A stretch of DNA of 64,000 bases from Alphaproteobacteria bacterium (GTDB lineage: Bacteria > Pseudomonadota > Alphaproteobacteria > JACZXZ01). Both the position numbers and the translations under genes were made by a program. Below are positions 1 to 16,148 of this stretch, piece after piece (positions within the stretch are counted from its first letter, which is position 1; the number at the start of each line of letters is the position of its first letter). The notes beneath the pieces were generated by a model. It was not told where the DNA came from. It worked only from the letters and a program-made list of their open reading frames with translations, and searched no databases. Where the stretch lies: NCBI GenBank assembly GCA_035625915.1, contig DASPOR010000039.1:24983-88982 (forward strand), given 5' to 3'.

Positions 1-1062
1 ACGTCGACATTCGTCGTTGGCCTGCTCCCGGGTTACGACGCGATTGGCGTCTTCGCACCGATTTTGCTCGTGACAATGCGTGTGTTGCAGGGCTTGGCCC
101 TCGGCGGGGAATATGGCGGTGCGGCAACCTACATAGCCGAGCATTCACCCGATTCGAGGCGCGGCTTTTACACCTCGTGGATCCAGACGACAGCCACGAT
201 GGGTATCGTCCTGGCACTCCTCGTGATTCTTATTTGCAGGCTGCAGCTTGGCGATCAGGCTTTTACCGATTGGGGATGGCGCGTGCCCTTCCTCATTTCG
301 GCGGTCCTCGTCGTCTTGTCGATCTACATTCGCATGAAACTCGAGGAGTCGCCGCTCTATGCGATGCTAAAGGAGCAGGGGAAGGCGTCCTCCAACCCGG
401 CACTGGAGAGCTTTGGCAGCGGCCGAAATTGGGGTTTGATATTGCTAGCACTGTTCGGGGCCACCGCACCGGAAGGTGTCGTGTGGTACACGAGCCAATT
501 CTACGCGCTATTCTACATGACGACCGTGCTCAAGATTAATTATGTGACGGTCTACGTCATCATGATGATAGCGCTTACCGCCGGCGCGCCCTTTTTCATC
601 TACTTTGGCTCTCTTTCGGACCGAATCGGCCGCCGCAACATCATGACGCTCGGCTTCGCGCTTGCCGTGGCCACGTATTGGCCGGTATTCACGTGGTTGG
701 GGACGTTCAAGGACAATCCGGTTGTGCTGACGATTCTCGTCTTCTACATGGTGATCTTGGTCACAATGGTGTACGGCCCGATTGCCGCGTTCCTGGTCGA
801 GCTGTTTCCGGCGCGCATTCGCTATACGTCGATGTCGTTGCCTTACCATATCGGCAATGGGGTATTCGGTGGACTTGTTCCGGCGGCCGGCGCCTCGATC
901 GCTGCGCTGACCGGGATTGCCCTCGGGGGGCTGTTCTATCCGATGGGCATCGCGGCACTTGGTGTCGTCGTGAGCCTTGTGGGTATCCGAGAGCCCACGC
1001 ACCATGTGAAAATCTGGGATGAGGTGGGCGGCGCACCGCCGCTCGTTCCGGATCAATTATAA
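1..1062 (+). CDS. MHS-family MFS transporter (metabolite:H+ symporter, ProP/KgtP-like), 5'-truncated by window edge
   Basis: Frame is open from nt 1; the listed ORF start at 64 is an internal TTG. Motif LQGLALGGEYGGAATYIAEHSPDSRRGFYTSWIQ is the MHS-family signature. Multiple hydrophobic TM segments follow. Confidence 0.75.
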   Translation, partial: TSTFVVGLLPGYDAIGVFAPILLVTMRVLQGLALGGEYGGAATYIAEHSPDSRRGFYTSWIQTTATMGIVLALLVILICRLQLGDQAFTDWGWRVPFLISAVLVVLSIYIRMKLEESPLYAMLKEQGKASSNPALESFGSGRNWGLILLALFGATAPEGVVWYTSQFYALFYMTTVLKINYVTVYVIMMIALTAGAPFFIYFGSLSDRIGRRNIMTLGFALAVATYWPVFTWLGTFKDNPVVLTILVFYMVILVTMVYGPIAAFLVELFPARIRYTSMSLPYHIGNGVFGGLVPAAGASIAALTGIALGGLFYPMGIAALGVVVSLVGIREPTHHVKIWDEVGGAPPLVPDQL

Positions 1063-1381
1063 CGACCGACGCCTGCGGCTGGCGAGACGGGGCGCCAAGC
1101 GGCCTCGTCTCGCCGCGACGCATCGACCGCTGGCGGACACGCAATCGCACTCTACGCGGCAGGGTCGGGCGCCGTGCCTCGACGGTGCTGAAGGCAGCAC
1201 CACGGTAGCAACGCGGCGACGATCGTTTCTGGCGGGGCCCCATGGCCCAGCCGCGCGGGCATTTCGCTCCGCATGCAAACGTGCGGAAACGAGCCAACGC
1301 GGTTGCTCCGGCGACGTGGGGTAGGCTACAAAGTGTCCCGATTTCACCGATACCCCTTTCTTCGCCACCTCGAGGGAGCCT

Positions 1382-3064
1382 ATGGCCGCCTACCAGTACA
1401 TCTACGTCATGAATGGCTTGTCGAAGACCTTCGCGGGGGGCCGGCAGGTCCTCAAGGACATTCGACTCTCGTTCTTTCCGGGCGCGAAGATCGGCGTCCT
1501 GGGTCCGAACGGCTCCGGCAAGTCGACACTCTTGCGTATCATGGCAGGGGTCGAATCCGATTTCACCGGCGAAGCCTGGGCGGCCGAGGGTGCGAAGGTC
1601 GGCTTTTTGCCGCAGGAGCCGCAACTCGACCCGAAAAAGGACGTGATCGGCAACGTGCTCGAAGGGGTCGGCGAGAAAAAGGCGCTGCTTGATCGCTTCG
1701 AGGCCGTCAGTGCACGCTTCGCCGAGCCGCTCGATGACGACGAGATGAACGCCTTGATCGCCGAGCAGGCCGATCTGCAAGCCAAGATCGATGCGATCAA
1801 CGGATGGGAACTCGAGCGCCAAGTGGAAATCGCGATGGACGCCCTGCGTTGCCCGCCGGGTGACGCGGACGTGAGCACGCTTTCGGGCGGCGAGCGCCGC
1901 CGGGTCGCCCTTTGCCGGCTGCTCCTCTCACATCCGGACCTTCTGCTCCTGGACGAGCCGACCAACCACCTCGATGCCGAGTCGGTCGCCTGGCTCGAGC
2001 GATTTCTTCACGACTATGACGGCACCGTTGTGGCGGTAACGCACGATCGCTATTTTCTCGACAATATCGCCGGCTGGATTCTCGAGCTGGATCGAGGCCG
2101 GGGCATCCCCTTCGAGGGCAACTATTCGTCTTGGCTGGAGCAGAAGCAGAAGCGCCTTCAGCAGGAAGAGCGGCAGGAGGAAGGGCGCCAGCGGGAGCTG
2201 GCGCGCGAGCTCGAATGGATTCGCGCAACACCGCGCGCGCGTCAGGCCAAGAGCAAGGCGCGCGTGACGGCATACGAGGCGTTGTTGGCGGAAAGCCGGG
2301 ACCGCAATCCCGACCAGGCGCAAATTGTGATCCCGGCCGGACCTCGGCTTGGCAATCTCGTGATAACGGCGGAGCATCTGCGCAAGGCCTACGGCGACCG
2401 GCTCCTGATCGACGATCTCAGTTTTCGCGTACCCCCCGGCGCAATTGTCGGCCTGATCGGCCCGAATGGCGCGGGCAAGACCACGCTTTTCCGGATGATC
2501 GTCGGCGCCGAGAACCCCGACGGTGGGGCACTTCAGCGCGGCGATACCGTCAAGTTCGGCTATGTCGATCAGTCGCGCGAATCCCTCCGCGCCGAGAAGA
2601 CCGTCTGGGAAGAGATCTCCGACGGGCTCGATCAGATCGAGCTTGGAAGGCACCGTGTCGCGAGCCGCGCCTATGTGGCCGCGTTCAACTTCAAAGGTAC
2701 CGATCAGCAGAAAAAGGTCGGCCAGCTTTCCGGCGGGGAACGCAACCGCGTCCATCTCGCCAAGATGTTGAAGGCCGGGGTCAACGTGTTGCTGCTTGAC
2801 GAGCCGTCGAACGATCTCGACGTCGACACGCTTCGTGCCCTCGAGGACGCACTCCTCGCCTTCGCAGGGTGTGCGCTCGTCATCAGCCACGACCGTTGGT
2901 TTCTCGATCGCATCGCGACGCACATCCTGGCCTTTGAGGGTGACAGCCAAGTTGTCTGGTTCGAGGGCAACTACACCGATTACGAGGCCGACCGTAAGCG
3001 TCGGCTCGGGCAGGAGGCCGACCAGCCCCACCGCATTAAGTATAAGCCGTTGGTGCGGGCATGA
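1382..3064 (+). CDS. ettA: Energy-dependent translational throttle protein EttA (ABC-F ATPase)
   Basis: 560 aa, two ABC domains ([45 protein letters not shown]). Near end-to-end collinearity with E. coli EttA/YjjK including the PtIM linker region and KRIKYK C-terminus. Confidence 0.9.
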   Translation: MAAYQYIYVMNGLSKTFAGGRQVLKDIRLSFFPGAKIGVLGPNGSGKSTLLRIMAGVESDFTGEAWAAEGAKVGFLPQEPQLDPKKDVIGNVLEGVGEKKALLDRFEAVSARFAEPLDDDEMNALIAEQADLQAKIDAINGWELERQVEIAMDALRCPPGDADVSTLSGGERRRVALCRLLLSHPDLLLLDEPTNHLDAESVAWLERFLHDYDGTVVAVTHDRYFLDNIAGWILELDRGRGIPFEGNYSSWLEQKQKRLQQEERQEEGRQRELARELEWIRATPRARQAKSKARVTAYEALLAESRDRNPDQAQIVIPAGPRLGNLVITAEHLRKAYGDRLLIDDLSFRVPPGAIVGLIGPNGAGKTTLFRMIVGAENPDGGALQRGDTVKFGYVDQSRESLRAEKTVWEEISDGLDQIELGRHRVASRAYVAAFNFKGTDQQKKVGQLSGGERNRVHLAKMLKAGVNVLLLDEPSNDLDVDTLRALEDALLAFAGCALVISHDRWFLDRIATHILAFEGDSQVVWFEGNYTDYEADRKRRLGQEADQPHRIKYKPLVRA

Positions 3065-3095
3065 GAGCGGTCGAGGGCCTCGTCACGTTCTAGTG

Positions 3096-3160
3096 TGGCG
3101 AATCCGAAATTCGACTTATCTGGGTGCGGGACCGTGAGCGAATTTCGGATTCAAAGCCAC
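3096..3160. repeat. Long imperfect inverted repeat (GTGGCGAATCCGAAATTCG ... CGAATTTCGGATTCaaaGCCAC) in convergent ettA/mlaC intergenic spacer; a third degenerate copy of TTCGGATT at 3190-3199
   Basis: Read directly: arms of about 19 nt with one 3-nt bulge, loop of about 25 nt. Could act as a bidirectional terminator or structured RNA; there is no adjacent U-tract. Confidence 0.5.
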
Positions 3161-3252
3161 ACGAGGAATATATTGTATCGAGTATGGTATTCGGATTTGA
3201 AGCTCCTAAACGCGGATGCCACCAAAATGACAGGAACTTCAAATCCACCACG

Positions 3253-3882
3253 CTAGCTCTTGCTTTTGAGCTGGTCGATTTTCTGATGAAGCAAGGCCGT
3301 CAACGCGGGCACGCTCCCGTTGTTGCGCTGGAGCACTGCCGCGAACTCCGAACGTTGCGTGACGACGAGGCTTACGCCCTCGACGACGACATCGACGATC
3401 TTGAAGCCGTCGGGGGTGCCGCGAACGCGCCACTGAACTTCGGTCGGCTCGTCGCCGGGCAAGCCTATGTTGGTGAACACCCAGGCGCCCTTCTCGCCGT
3501 CAGGGGTCGATGCGGTCACGATAAAATCTTCGCCCGCATAGGTATTGAACCGCGCGGCATAGGTTTCCACGACGTAGTCCTTGAATGTGTCGATATATTT
3601 GTTCCGCTCGTCTTCGTGTAAGTTTCGCGCATAGGTACCGAGCACGAAAAGACCGATGGCGCGGACATCGAATCCCTCGAGGAAAATTCGCGCCAGCTCT
3701 CGAACGCGGTCATCCTTGCCGAGCGATTTGTTTTTGAGGATGGCGATGACTTCGTCGGCGAGACTTTTGATGAAATTCGCCGCTTGCTCGGGAACATCGT
3801 TGGCGCGCGCCAGGCGCGGCGGACCAAAGCTGGCGGCCAACGCAACGATCGTTCGGGACAGGAATGCTCTGCGGGACCACAT
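3253..3882 (-). CDS. mlaC: Phospholipid-binding periplasmic protein MlaC (Ttg2D family), Tat-type signal (SRRAFL)
   Basis: Architecture and C-terminal region match the MlaC/Ttg2D family. A twin-arginine motif MWSRRAFLSRTIVALAA suggests the start at 3882; the ORF-finder start at 3918 is the alternative. Confidence 0.75.
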   Translation of the reverse strand: MWSRRAFLSRTIVALAASFGPPRLARANDVPEQAANFIKSLADEVIAILKNKSLGKDDRVRELARIFLEGFDVRAIGLFVLGTYARNLHEDERNKYIDTFKDYVVETYAARFNTYAGEDFIVTASTPDGEKGAWVFTNIGLPGDEPTEVQWRVRGTPDGFKIVDVVVEGVSLVVTQRSEFAAVLQRNNGSVPALTALLHQKIDQLKSKS

Positions 3883-3892
3883 GTCGGCGCGG

Positions 3893-4750
3893 CTATTGGG
3901 GTATTTGAGAAACCGCATCGTCCGAATTCGCCGGTTTCGTCGAATCGCTCGGCGTATCGTTCATCTCGTCGATCTCGATCGACGGTGCTACGATATTGCT
4001 GCCCGAGGCCCCCTTGGTGATCTGATCCTGGCGGCGTTGGCGATAAAGGCTTCGCAACGTGGCGTAATAGTCGACTGACGTGCGCCGAATTTCGTCGAGC
4101 GGGGCGATCAGCGGTTCGCGCTTGTCGATGCCTTCGTATGCGGCGCGCGCAACGGACTGGCCGAAGGTCGCATAGTATCCGACAGGATCCGCGAAGTTGT
4201 CGACCACGAGCCCCGTCGCATCGCGGGGATTCGAGGGACCGAACAGCGGAAGCATCAGGTAGGGCCCTTCATCCACACCCCATTTCCCGAGTGTTACACC
4301 GAAATCGGTGTCGTGGGCCTTAACCCCGCCGCGGTCCGCCGCCACGTCGAAAAAGCCGGCAAGGCCCACCGTGAGGTTGATCAGCAAACGAAGAACTGTG
4401 TCCGCGGCGCCGTCGACATCGCCCTGCAGCATCTGGTTCATGAAGACGTCCGGCGAGCGCACGGTCTGGATCATATTGTGCATGCCCTTGCGAAATTCCG
4501 CAGGTGTCTCGCCGTAGACCTGCGCCACCGGTTTTACGATGTTGTCGTCGAGGGCCAAATTAAAATCGAATATGTCGCGGTTCATCGGCTCGAGGGGATC
4601 ATTGGCCTCGTTGAAGGAGGCGAGTGCGGCAGGATCGGTCGGGGGAGTTGCGCAGCCCCCGACGAGCGCCGAGGCCAGCAGAACCGATCCGAGCGAAAGG
4701 CCGAGCCGAGGTAGCCTGCGGTCCTGTTTGTTATTCGTGCTTGCGGGCAT
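3893..4750 (-). CDS. mlaA: Outer-membrane lipoprotein MlaA (VacJ family)
   Basis: Lipoprotein signal MPASTNNKQDRRLPRLGLSLGSVLLASALVGGC. Conserved VacJ core (DPLEPMNRDIFDFN...QMLQGD...LINLTVGLAGFFDVA). Start placed at the internal Met before the signal peptide. Confidence 0.8.
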   Translation of the reverse strand: MPASTNNKQDRRLPRLGLSLGSVLLASALVGGCATPPTDPAALASFNEANDPLEPMNRDIFDFNLALDDNIVKPVAQVYGETPAEFRKGMHNMIQTVRSPDVFMNQMLQGDVDGAADTVLRLLINLTVGLAGFFDVAADRGGVKAHDTDFGVTLGKWGVDEGPYLMLPLFGPSNPRDATGLVVDNFADPVGYYATFGQSVARAAYEGIDKREPLIAPLDEIRRTSVDYYATLRSLYRQRRQDQITKGASGSNIVAPSIEIDEMNDTPSDSTKPANSDDAVSQIPQ

Positions 4751-5354
4751 CCCGTCCCTTTCCGTCTCGGCGTAGGCACTCAATCGCCACGCTGACTGCG
4801 GCGCGATTGCCGAGCCAACCTGCCAGCGTTGCATTGCGAACCCTTAAGACCCCCTTCGTGCGACCGGGCGCTCTTGCGAAAGCGCCTCTTGCCGATCAAG
4901 ACAAGCTCAACTGCGGCTCGCCTCCCAAGCCACCATGCAGCCGACGTCCCAAACCCCGGTAACGTCGTCTTGCATGATCAATTCACCTAACACAGGAATA
5001 GTTAAAAGACCAGTAGCGAGGGAAAACGCGGAGCGATTCGTGCGTCTCGAGCTGGCGACCGCAATTCGCTCGAGTCTCCATTAAGCGGAGAAGATTGCGC
5101 GCGAAAGCAGTCGCGAGTGCCCTTTGGCCGAGTTCTTCAAGCGTCGAGGATCGACCGACGGAAGTTCCGGATTGCCTTCGGAGGGTGAGCCCGACGATGA
5201 TGCGTTTATGGGGTGCGAGGCGTCCCACGGACCCTATAGGCAAGTGTGAGATTTAAGCGGGGCGGCCGAGGGATGAGCCCCAGACAGGGGAGAAAATAGG
5301 ATGGGACCTATCCCGATGCACTCCCTTGTATTCTGACGATTTTTCTTGTATTCA

Positions 5355-5382
5355 TAAAGATATGTTTATATTGATATGATTG
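5355..5382. promoter_or_regulatory. AT-rich putative promoter/operator upstream of sahR-metF-metH; tandem GATATG half-sites (5359-5364, 5373-5378)
   Basis: Local GC drop (ttcataaagatatgtttatattgatatgattg) immediately 5' of the regulator gene. Assignment as a SahR autoregulatory operator is inference only. Confidence 0.3.
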
Positions 5383-5402
5383 TATTGCCTTGGAGTTTGG
5401 CT

Positions 5403-10863
<5,461 letters not shown>

Positions 10864-10909
10864 CGGCGGCGGCTTATGGCTCGCGCGTCGCTCGCATTCG
10901 CCCTCGAAA

Positions 10910-13591
10910 CTAGGAGATTCGAATCCCCTGGTGGTCCTGGGCGGTATTCACCGTAATGGTTGCGGGAATGCCGCCCGTGAGGAGTGGTACGGGGACCGGT
11001 GCGGGCAGTGCTTTCACGACACGACGTTCGGCATAGGTGGGCATCGCACTCGCGAGGGAGGCAAGGACCCCAGCACAATAGGGGAGCGACTGCGCCATGA
11101 GCATGGCGGCCCAGGTGACCGCTTCCTGGTTGCGCCACCCGCTTCCGAGCGTGCCGTCGCCGATAAGGATCACCACGGCGCCGAGCCAAAGCAGCAGGCA
11201 CAGCACGAACTCCTCCCATGCGACGACGATGCCGCGGACGACCGCGGATTTGTCTTCGCATTTCGGCGTTCTCAAGAAGGGGCGCTTCTTCGTGAAGAGG
11301 CCAGTAAGCACGGCCTTCGAAACCGCATGGGTCAAGGCCATGCCGGCGATCGCCGCGCCGATGCGTTCGCCGAGGCCGCAATCGACCTTCGCCTTGTACA
11401 GCCACAGCGTTTCGACGACTTTGAACCCGACCATCACGAGGGCGGGAACGACGAACACGGTCAAGGGGTATTCGAACCATCGCGGCCAGAGTGCAAGGAA
11501 CAAGGTCCAGACAAGGGCAGCGAGCGTGAAAAGAAGTTGGAGCGCGTCGCCGAGCCACGGAAGCCACCCGGCCAGGAAGTGGAACTTCTGTGCGAGCGAT
11601 AAATTCCTGTCAGCCGGTGCGAACCAGCGGATGTGCCGTTTCATGATCTGCATGGCGCCGTAAGCCCAGCGGAAGCGCTGCACGCGATAGGCGGCGAAGC
11701 TGTCCGGCGTCAGACCGCGTCCGAAGGATTCCTTTATATAAACGGTCTCGTAGCCCGCGTGCATCACACGCAAGCCGAGTTCGGCATCCTCGCAAATGCA
11801 CCACTCCGCCCAGCCGCCGAGCTTTTCAAGAAGCGAGCGGCGCACGAGCGTCATCGTGCCGTGTTGAATGATCGCGTTCGATTCGTTCCTAAGCACCATC
11901 CCGAGATTGAAGAAGCCGGCATACTCCCAGTTGACCGCCTTCTTGAAGAGGCTCTCGCCGCCGTCGCGGTGGTCTTGCGGGCATTGGACAACGCCGACCT
12001 TCTCATCGGCGAAATAGGGGGCAGTGGCCTTGAGCCAATCCGCTCGCACGACATAATCGCTGTCGATCACGCCGATGATCTCGGCTTCGGGATCGCACGC
12101 ACGCAGGCCAAGATTGAGAGCACCGGCCTTGAAGCCCTTAAGCCGGTCGACATGGATAAACTTCACCCGCTCGCCAAGGCTTGCGCAGTGCGCCTCGACC
12201 GGCCCCCACACTGCCGGGTCCCTGGTGTTGTTGTCGATTACCAGAATCTCGAGGTTGGGGTAATCGAGTTTGGCGAGACTGTTCACCGTCTCGATCACCA
12301 TGCGTGGTGGCTCGTTGTAGATCGGAAGGTGAAGCGAGACTCTGGGCAGACGCCCAGCCGGCTCTGGGGCGAGCGGCTTGAATTCCCGGCGCCAACGCTT
12401 GGTCCAAAGCATCACGGCCATCTGCCCGCTCTCGGTCACGAGGAGTGCGAGAAGGCCGATCTGGCCGATCACCATGACGCTCCAGAGTGCCGTACTCGCC
12501 GGTGTCATGTACCGCTCGGCACCGGCAAGTATGGTCCAGACCAGAAGCGAGCCGGCCGCCTGGGCGAGGGTTGCGAAGAAAAGTCGGCCGCCGAAGCGAA
12601 GTTCCGACCAGCGATAGAGGAAGAACAATATGGCGGGGAACGCGAGCAGGCTTCCGGTAAGCGCCAGCGCCGGCCAGTAGCCGTTTTCGATGACGGGGCC
12701 GGTGAAGGAGTATTTGGCGTGCCGGTCCGCATCATAAAGTCCCCAATAGGCGCCTGCGGTCCCCTCGATCTTCTCCTTCCAGGGTTGGTCGAACGCCTCC
12801 ATGAGGAAGTACTGGACGCCCTCCCGGTCCGCGAAATTCAGGAACTCGCGCATGAAGCGAGCCTGATTGGCGAGGCTCGCCTGGGCGAGACCGAGCTGGC
12901 GCCCTTTGCTCGGCCAACCGACCTCGGTCAGCACCACGGGCTTGTGAGGGTACTCTTCCTTGAGCTGTTTGTAGCGGAACTGGATGTACTTGACCGCATC
13001 CTCGATCGGCACGCCCTCCCAGTAAGGCAGGATATGGACGGCGATATAGTCGACCTCCTTGACGAGTTCGGGATGGGCAAGCCAGACATGCCAGGGCTCC
13101 GCCGTAGAAACCGGAACCTCGATCTGGCTACGCGCCCGCCTCAAATACTGGATCATTTCCGGAACGGTCACGTCCGCGCGCAGAATCGCCTCGTTGCCAA
13201 CCAGGACCCGGTCGATATTAGGGTAGCGCCGCACCATGCTGACAAGCGACTGTAATTCAAGCTCGTTGAGTTCGGTACGCTTGTCGAGCCAAGCACCCGC
13301 GGTGACCCTCAAGCCATATTTCGCGGCAAGGCCGGGGACGTCTTGAACACCTTCGGTAGTGCTGTAGGTGCGCACCGCGCCCACGGGAAGTACCGCGAGA
13401 TCATTATCGATTTCTTGCTTGGTCGGAAATTTGCCAGTGAGGGGATTCTCCCCTTCGCGATAGGGGCTGAACGACACGCCCTGGATATTGCCCGACCACG
13501 ATGGAACGTCGAGTGGTGAGTTCAATGCCCCCCACACGGCGAGGTTGGCAAGCACTACCAGGGCTATGACGATCAGGTTTGAGCGACGCAT
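10910..13591 (-). CDS. ndvB: NdvB-like cyclic beta-1,3-glucan synthase: N-terminal GH17 glucanase-like domain fused to polytopic GT2 glycosyltransferase
   Basis: N-terminal signal-anchor MRRSNLIVIALVVLANLAV. GH17-like block (VGNEA...LTEVGWPS). Central and C-terminal multi-TM GT2 core (LVIDNNTRD...VIDSDY...QCPQ...QRFRWAYG). The ORF-finder start at 13657 adds 22 rare-codon residues; the ATG at 13591 is preferred. Confidence 0.7.
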   Translation of the reverse strand: MRRSNLIVIALVVLANLAVWGALNSPLDVPSWSGNIQGVSFSPYREGENPLTGKFPTKQEIDNDLAVLPVGAVRTYSTTEGVQDVPGLAAKYGLRVTAGAWLDKRTELNELELQSLVSMVRRYPNIDRVLVGNEAILRADVTVPEMIQYLRRARSQIEVPVSTAEPWHVWLAHPELVKEVDYIAVHILPYWEGVPIEDAVKYIQFRYKQLKEEYPHKPVVLTEVGWPSKGRQLGLAQASLANQARFMREFLNFADREGVQYFLMEAFDQPWKEKIEGTAGAYWGLYDADRHAKYSFTGPVIENGYWPALALTGSLLAFPAILFFLYRWSELRFGGRLFFATLAQAAGSLLVWTILAGAERYMTPASTALWSVMVIGQIGLLALLVTESGQMAVMLWTKRWRREFKPLAPEPAGRLPRVSLHLPIYNEPPRMVIETVNSLAKLDYPNLEILVIDNNTRDPAVWGPVEAHCASLGERVKFIHVDRLKGFKAGALNLGLRACDPEAEIIGVIDSDYVVRADWLKATAPYFADEKVGVVQCPQDHRDGGESLFKKAVNWEYAGFFNLGMVLRNESNAIIQHGTMTLVRRSLLEKLGGWAEWCICEDAELGLRVMHAGYETVYIKESFGRGLTPDSFAAYRVQRFRWAYGAMQIMKRHIRWFAPADRNLSLAQKFHFLAGWLPWLGDALQLLFTLAALVWTLFLALWPRWFEYPLTVFVVPALVMVGFKVVETLWLYKAKVDCGLGERIGAAIAGMALTHAVSKAVLTGLFTKKRPFLRTPKCEDKSAVVRGIVVAWEEFVLCLLLWLGAVVILIGDGTLGSGWRNQEAVTWAAMLMAQSLPYCAGVLASLASAMPTYAERRVVKALPAPVPVPLLTGGIPATITVNTAQDHQGIRIS

Positions 13592-13984
13592 TAATTTGTC
13601 TTCTCGACGCACAATTACGTTTGCGAACGGTTCGCCGCCGGAGACCTTGCATGCCATGGGGCAGAAAGAAGAACTTACCCGACTTACGAGCAGGGATTGG
13701 TACTGCGAACCCTATCGCATCGCCCTGCCGGCCTGTTGCGTCATTTTTGGGACTGCCCGGGATCCAGCACTCGACCATGAGCGAACGTTGCGGCGTGCGC
13801 GCGAACCGCTCATCTCAAGCGTCAATCGGATCGTAAATCAATAGAAGCCGGTTTGCCCTGCCGGTGCCGCGCCCAGACCGAATCTAGGTTATCGCCTTCC
13901 TCGCCACCCCTTCGTCACAAAGTACGCCAGTCAATGACGGCTTACGCCGCGGCCGATCCAACATGGACCTTCAGTGTATATAGA

Positions 13985-14003
13985 AAAGGCCGCCCCGGCG
14001 TCC
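13985..14003 (-). terminator. Weak intrinsic-terminator-like hairpin (GCCGgggCGGC + CUUUUCU) downstream of dppF in an AT-rich 3' region
   Basis: 4-bp GC stem and 3-nt loop followed by U4CU on the minus strand, read from the sequence. A 7-bp palindrome TTTTCGAatgaTCGAAAA lies nearby at about 14038-14055. Confidence 0.3.
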
Positions 14004-14142
14004 AGAGGAGTCGCGATGCTTAGCTCGATGATTTTTTCGAATGATCGAAAACGGCATCGCTTATGGATCGTTCGTCGTTCATGCGCCGTTCATTTTTCCC
14101 GTGAAAGTAGCGAGCAGGAGTTCGTCCTCGGACTAAAAATGT

Positions 14143-15150
14143 CTAGCCGATCGTCTCGGCGTAATGGCAAGCGACGAGCTGATCGTCCAGCGTTCGAAGC
14201 TCCGGCCGCTCGGTTTTGCAGCGGTCGGTCGCATAGGGGCAACGGGTATGGAAAGCGCATCCGGCCGGCGGGTTCAACGGGGAAGGGAGTTCGCCCTTCA
14301 ACATGACGCGCTGGGCGCGGAGCTTTGGATCGACAAAGGGGGTAGAGGCAAGCAATGCCTTCGTATAGGGATGCCGCGGGCGGCCAAAAATGCGAGCTTT
14401 CGGACCCTGTTCGACCGTGCGGCCGAGATACATGACCATAACGTCGTCCGCGATGTGCCGCACGACGGATAGGCCATGGGATATGAAGAGATAGGCGAGT
14501 TGGAATTCCTCCTGCAAATCCATCAGAAGGTTGAGCACCTGCGCCTGGATCGAGACGTCGAGGGCCGAAACGGGCTCGTCCGCGACGATGATCCTCGGCC
14601 GCAGCATGAGGGCGCGGGCAATCGCGATGCGTTGACGCTGGCCACCTGAAAACATATGCGGATACCGTTCGTAGTGTTCCGGGCGCAGGCCGACACGGGC
14701 CATCATCGCGCGGGCCGACCGCATCCGTTCGGCGGCGGCGATGTCGGTGTTGATGACGAGCGGTTCCTCGAGGATGCTTCCGACCGTTCGGCGCGGATTG
14801 AGCGAACCGTAAGGATCCTGAAACACGATTTGCACGTTGCGTCGCAAGCTGCGAATGGTCGGAGGCCCCGCACCCGCGACCTCTTGCCCGACGAGCTTGA
14901 GGCTGCCAGCCGTTGGCGGCTCGATCATCGTGACCATGCGTGCAAGTGTCGATTTGCCGCACCCCGATTCACCCACCACGGCGAGTGTCTTGCCGGGTTG
15001 GAGGCGGAAGGCAACGCCGTCGACGGCCCGAAGCTGAGCCTGCGGGGCGAACATGCCGCGGCGGACGTTATAGACTTTAGTGAGCGCACTCGCCTCGATG
15101 ACGGGTTCCCGGGGTCCTTCCCTCGCGGCGGTGCTTGGAATTGCGCTCAT
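14143..15150 (-). CDS. dppF: Dipeptide ABC transporter ATP-binding protein DppF
   Basis: ABC ATPase with GESGCGKST Walker [16 protein letters not shown] signature and oligopeptide-transporter C-terminal domain. 4-nt overlap with dppD. Confidence 0.85.
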   Translation of the reverse strand: MSAIPSTAAREGPREPVIEASALTKVYNVRRGMFAPQAQLRAVDGVAFRLQPGKTLAVVGESGCGKSTLARMVTMIEPPTAGSLKLVGQEVAGAGPPTIRSLRRNVQIVFQDPYGSLNPRRTVGSILEEPLVINTDIAAAERMRSARAMMARVGLRPEHYERYPHMFSGGQRQRIAIARALMLRPRIIVADEPVSALDVSIQAQVLNLLMDLQEEFQLAYLFISHGLSVVRHIADDVMVMYLGRTVEQGPKARIFGRPRHPYTKALLASTPFVDPKLRAQRVMLKGELPSPLNPPAGCAFHTRCPYATDRCKTERPELRTLDDQLVACHYAETIG

Positions 15151-16145
15151 TGGCGCGCCTCTTCATGCGCTGCCATGCCGATCGGATAATGGCAACGCAC
15201 CCGCGTACCGTTCTGCGATCGAAGCGCCGGCTGCTCGGCCCGGCAGCGATCGTCGGCGAAGCGGCAGCGCGGATTGAACAGGCACCCGTTTGGACGGTCG
15301 CTCAAGCCGGGAACGACGCCCGCGATGGTCGGCAGACGCCGCTCGCCGTGACTTCGCTCGGGAAGTGCGTCGAGGAGGGCCGAGGTGTAAGGGTGATGCG
15401 GTGCCGCAAAGAGCGAATCGGCCTTCTGCTCTTCCACGATTTGGCCGGCATACATGACGACGACACGACGCGCGGTCTCCGCGACGACGCCCATGTCGTG
15501 GGTAATGAGAATGAGCGCCATGCCGCGTTCGCGCTGAAGCTTGAGAAGAAGATCGAGGATCTGGGCCTGGATGGTCACGTCGAGTGCGGTCGTCGGCTCG
15601 TCCGCGATCAGCAGTCGAGGATTGCAGGCGATCGCCATGGCAATCATTACGCGCTGATTCATCCCGCCCGAAAGCTGATGCGGAAATGCGTCGAGCCGCG
15701 TGGCGGCCGCCGGAATGCCGACCTGTTCGAGGAGTTCGATGGTGCGCGCGCGACGCGACTTGCGCGAACCACCCTCGTGAATCCGGAGCGTCTCCATGAT
15801 CTGATAGCCCACCGTGAAGCACGGGTTGAGGCTGGTCATCGGCTCCTGGAAAATCATGGCGATGTCCTTGCCGGCGATCTTGCGCCGCTCGGCCGCACTC
15901 ATGGCGAGCACATCGCGGCCGTCAAAGCGCAGCTTGTCGGCCCGGACGACGCCGGGAAATCCGATGAGGCCCATGAGGGCGAGCATGGAAACGCTTTTGC
16001 CCGAGCCCGATTCCCCGACGATGCCGAGCACTTCGCCTTGGTCGGTCGAGAAGCTGACTTGATCGACCGCGCGCAAAGCGCCCGAATGCGTGCCGAACGT
16101 GACCGAGAGATTTTCGATTTCGAGAAGCGCCATGGGCGGGCTCAC
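15147..16145 (-). CDS. dppD: Dipeptide ABC transporter ATP-binding protein DppD
   Basis: ABC ATPase ([24 protein letters not shown]) with Opp/Dpp-type C-terminal extension. Confidence 0.85.
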   Translation of the reverse strand: MSPPMALLEIENLSVTFGTHSGALRAVDQVSFSTDQGEVLGIVGESGSGKSVSMLALMGLIGFPGVVRADKLRFDGRDVLAMSAAERRKIAGKDIAMIFQEPMTSLNPCFTVGYQIMETLRIHEGGSRKSRRARTIELLEQVGIPAAATRLDAFPHQLSGGMNQRVMIAMAIACNPRLLIADEPTTALDVTIQAQILDLLLKLQRERGMALILITHDMGVVAETARRVVVMYAGQIVEEQKADSLFAAPHHPYTSALLDALPERSHGERRLPTIAGVVPGLSDRPNGCLFNPRCRFADDRCRAEQPALRSQNGTRVRCHYPIGMAAHEEARQ

Positions 16146-16148
16146 CTT

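Noticed and set aside
5376-5402. ORF-finder N-terminal extensions from alternative TTG/GTG starts (sahR 5376, ndvB 13657, dppA 19850, ligA 30852, bamD 33390, ftsZ 36502, ftsQ 38786, murB 40815, murC 42230, ftsW 44343, murD 46199, mraY 46672, murE 49747, rsmH 52800, amidase 55084, fumC 61713, fumA 63883)
   Set aside because: The extensions are Arg-rich or rare-codon, lack homology, and would destroy the conserved 4-nt ATGA gene junctions. Internal starts with SD sequences and orthologue-like N-termini were used instead.
10880-10905. tRNA-like T-arm sequence GGAGATTCGAATCCCC between metH and ndvB
   Set aside because: The stem does not pair (GGAGA versus CCCCT), and there is no acceptor, D or anticodon arm. 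The sequence is the last codons of ndvB (QDHQGIRIS-stop).
13658-13760. Possible tRNA or riboswitch in the ndvB upstream region (GGGGCAG...CCCTGCC inverted repeat, GGTTCG-like segment)
   Set aside because: No cloverleaf can be drawn (no 7-nt T-loop, no acceptor pairing). I could not match any riboswitch consensus (c-di-GMP, SAM-II) by eye. Left as unannotated leader.
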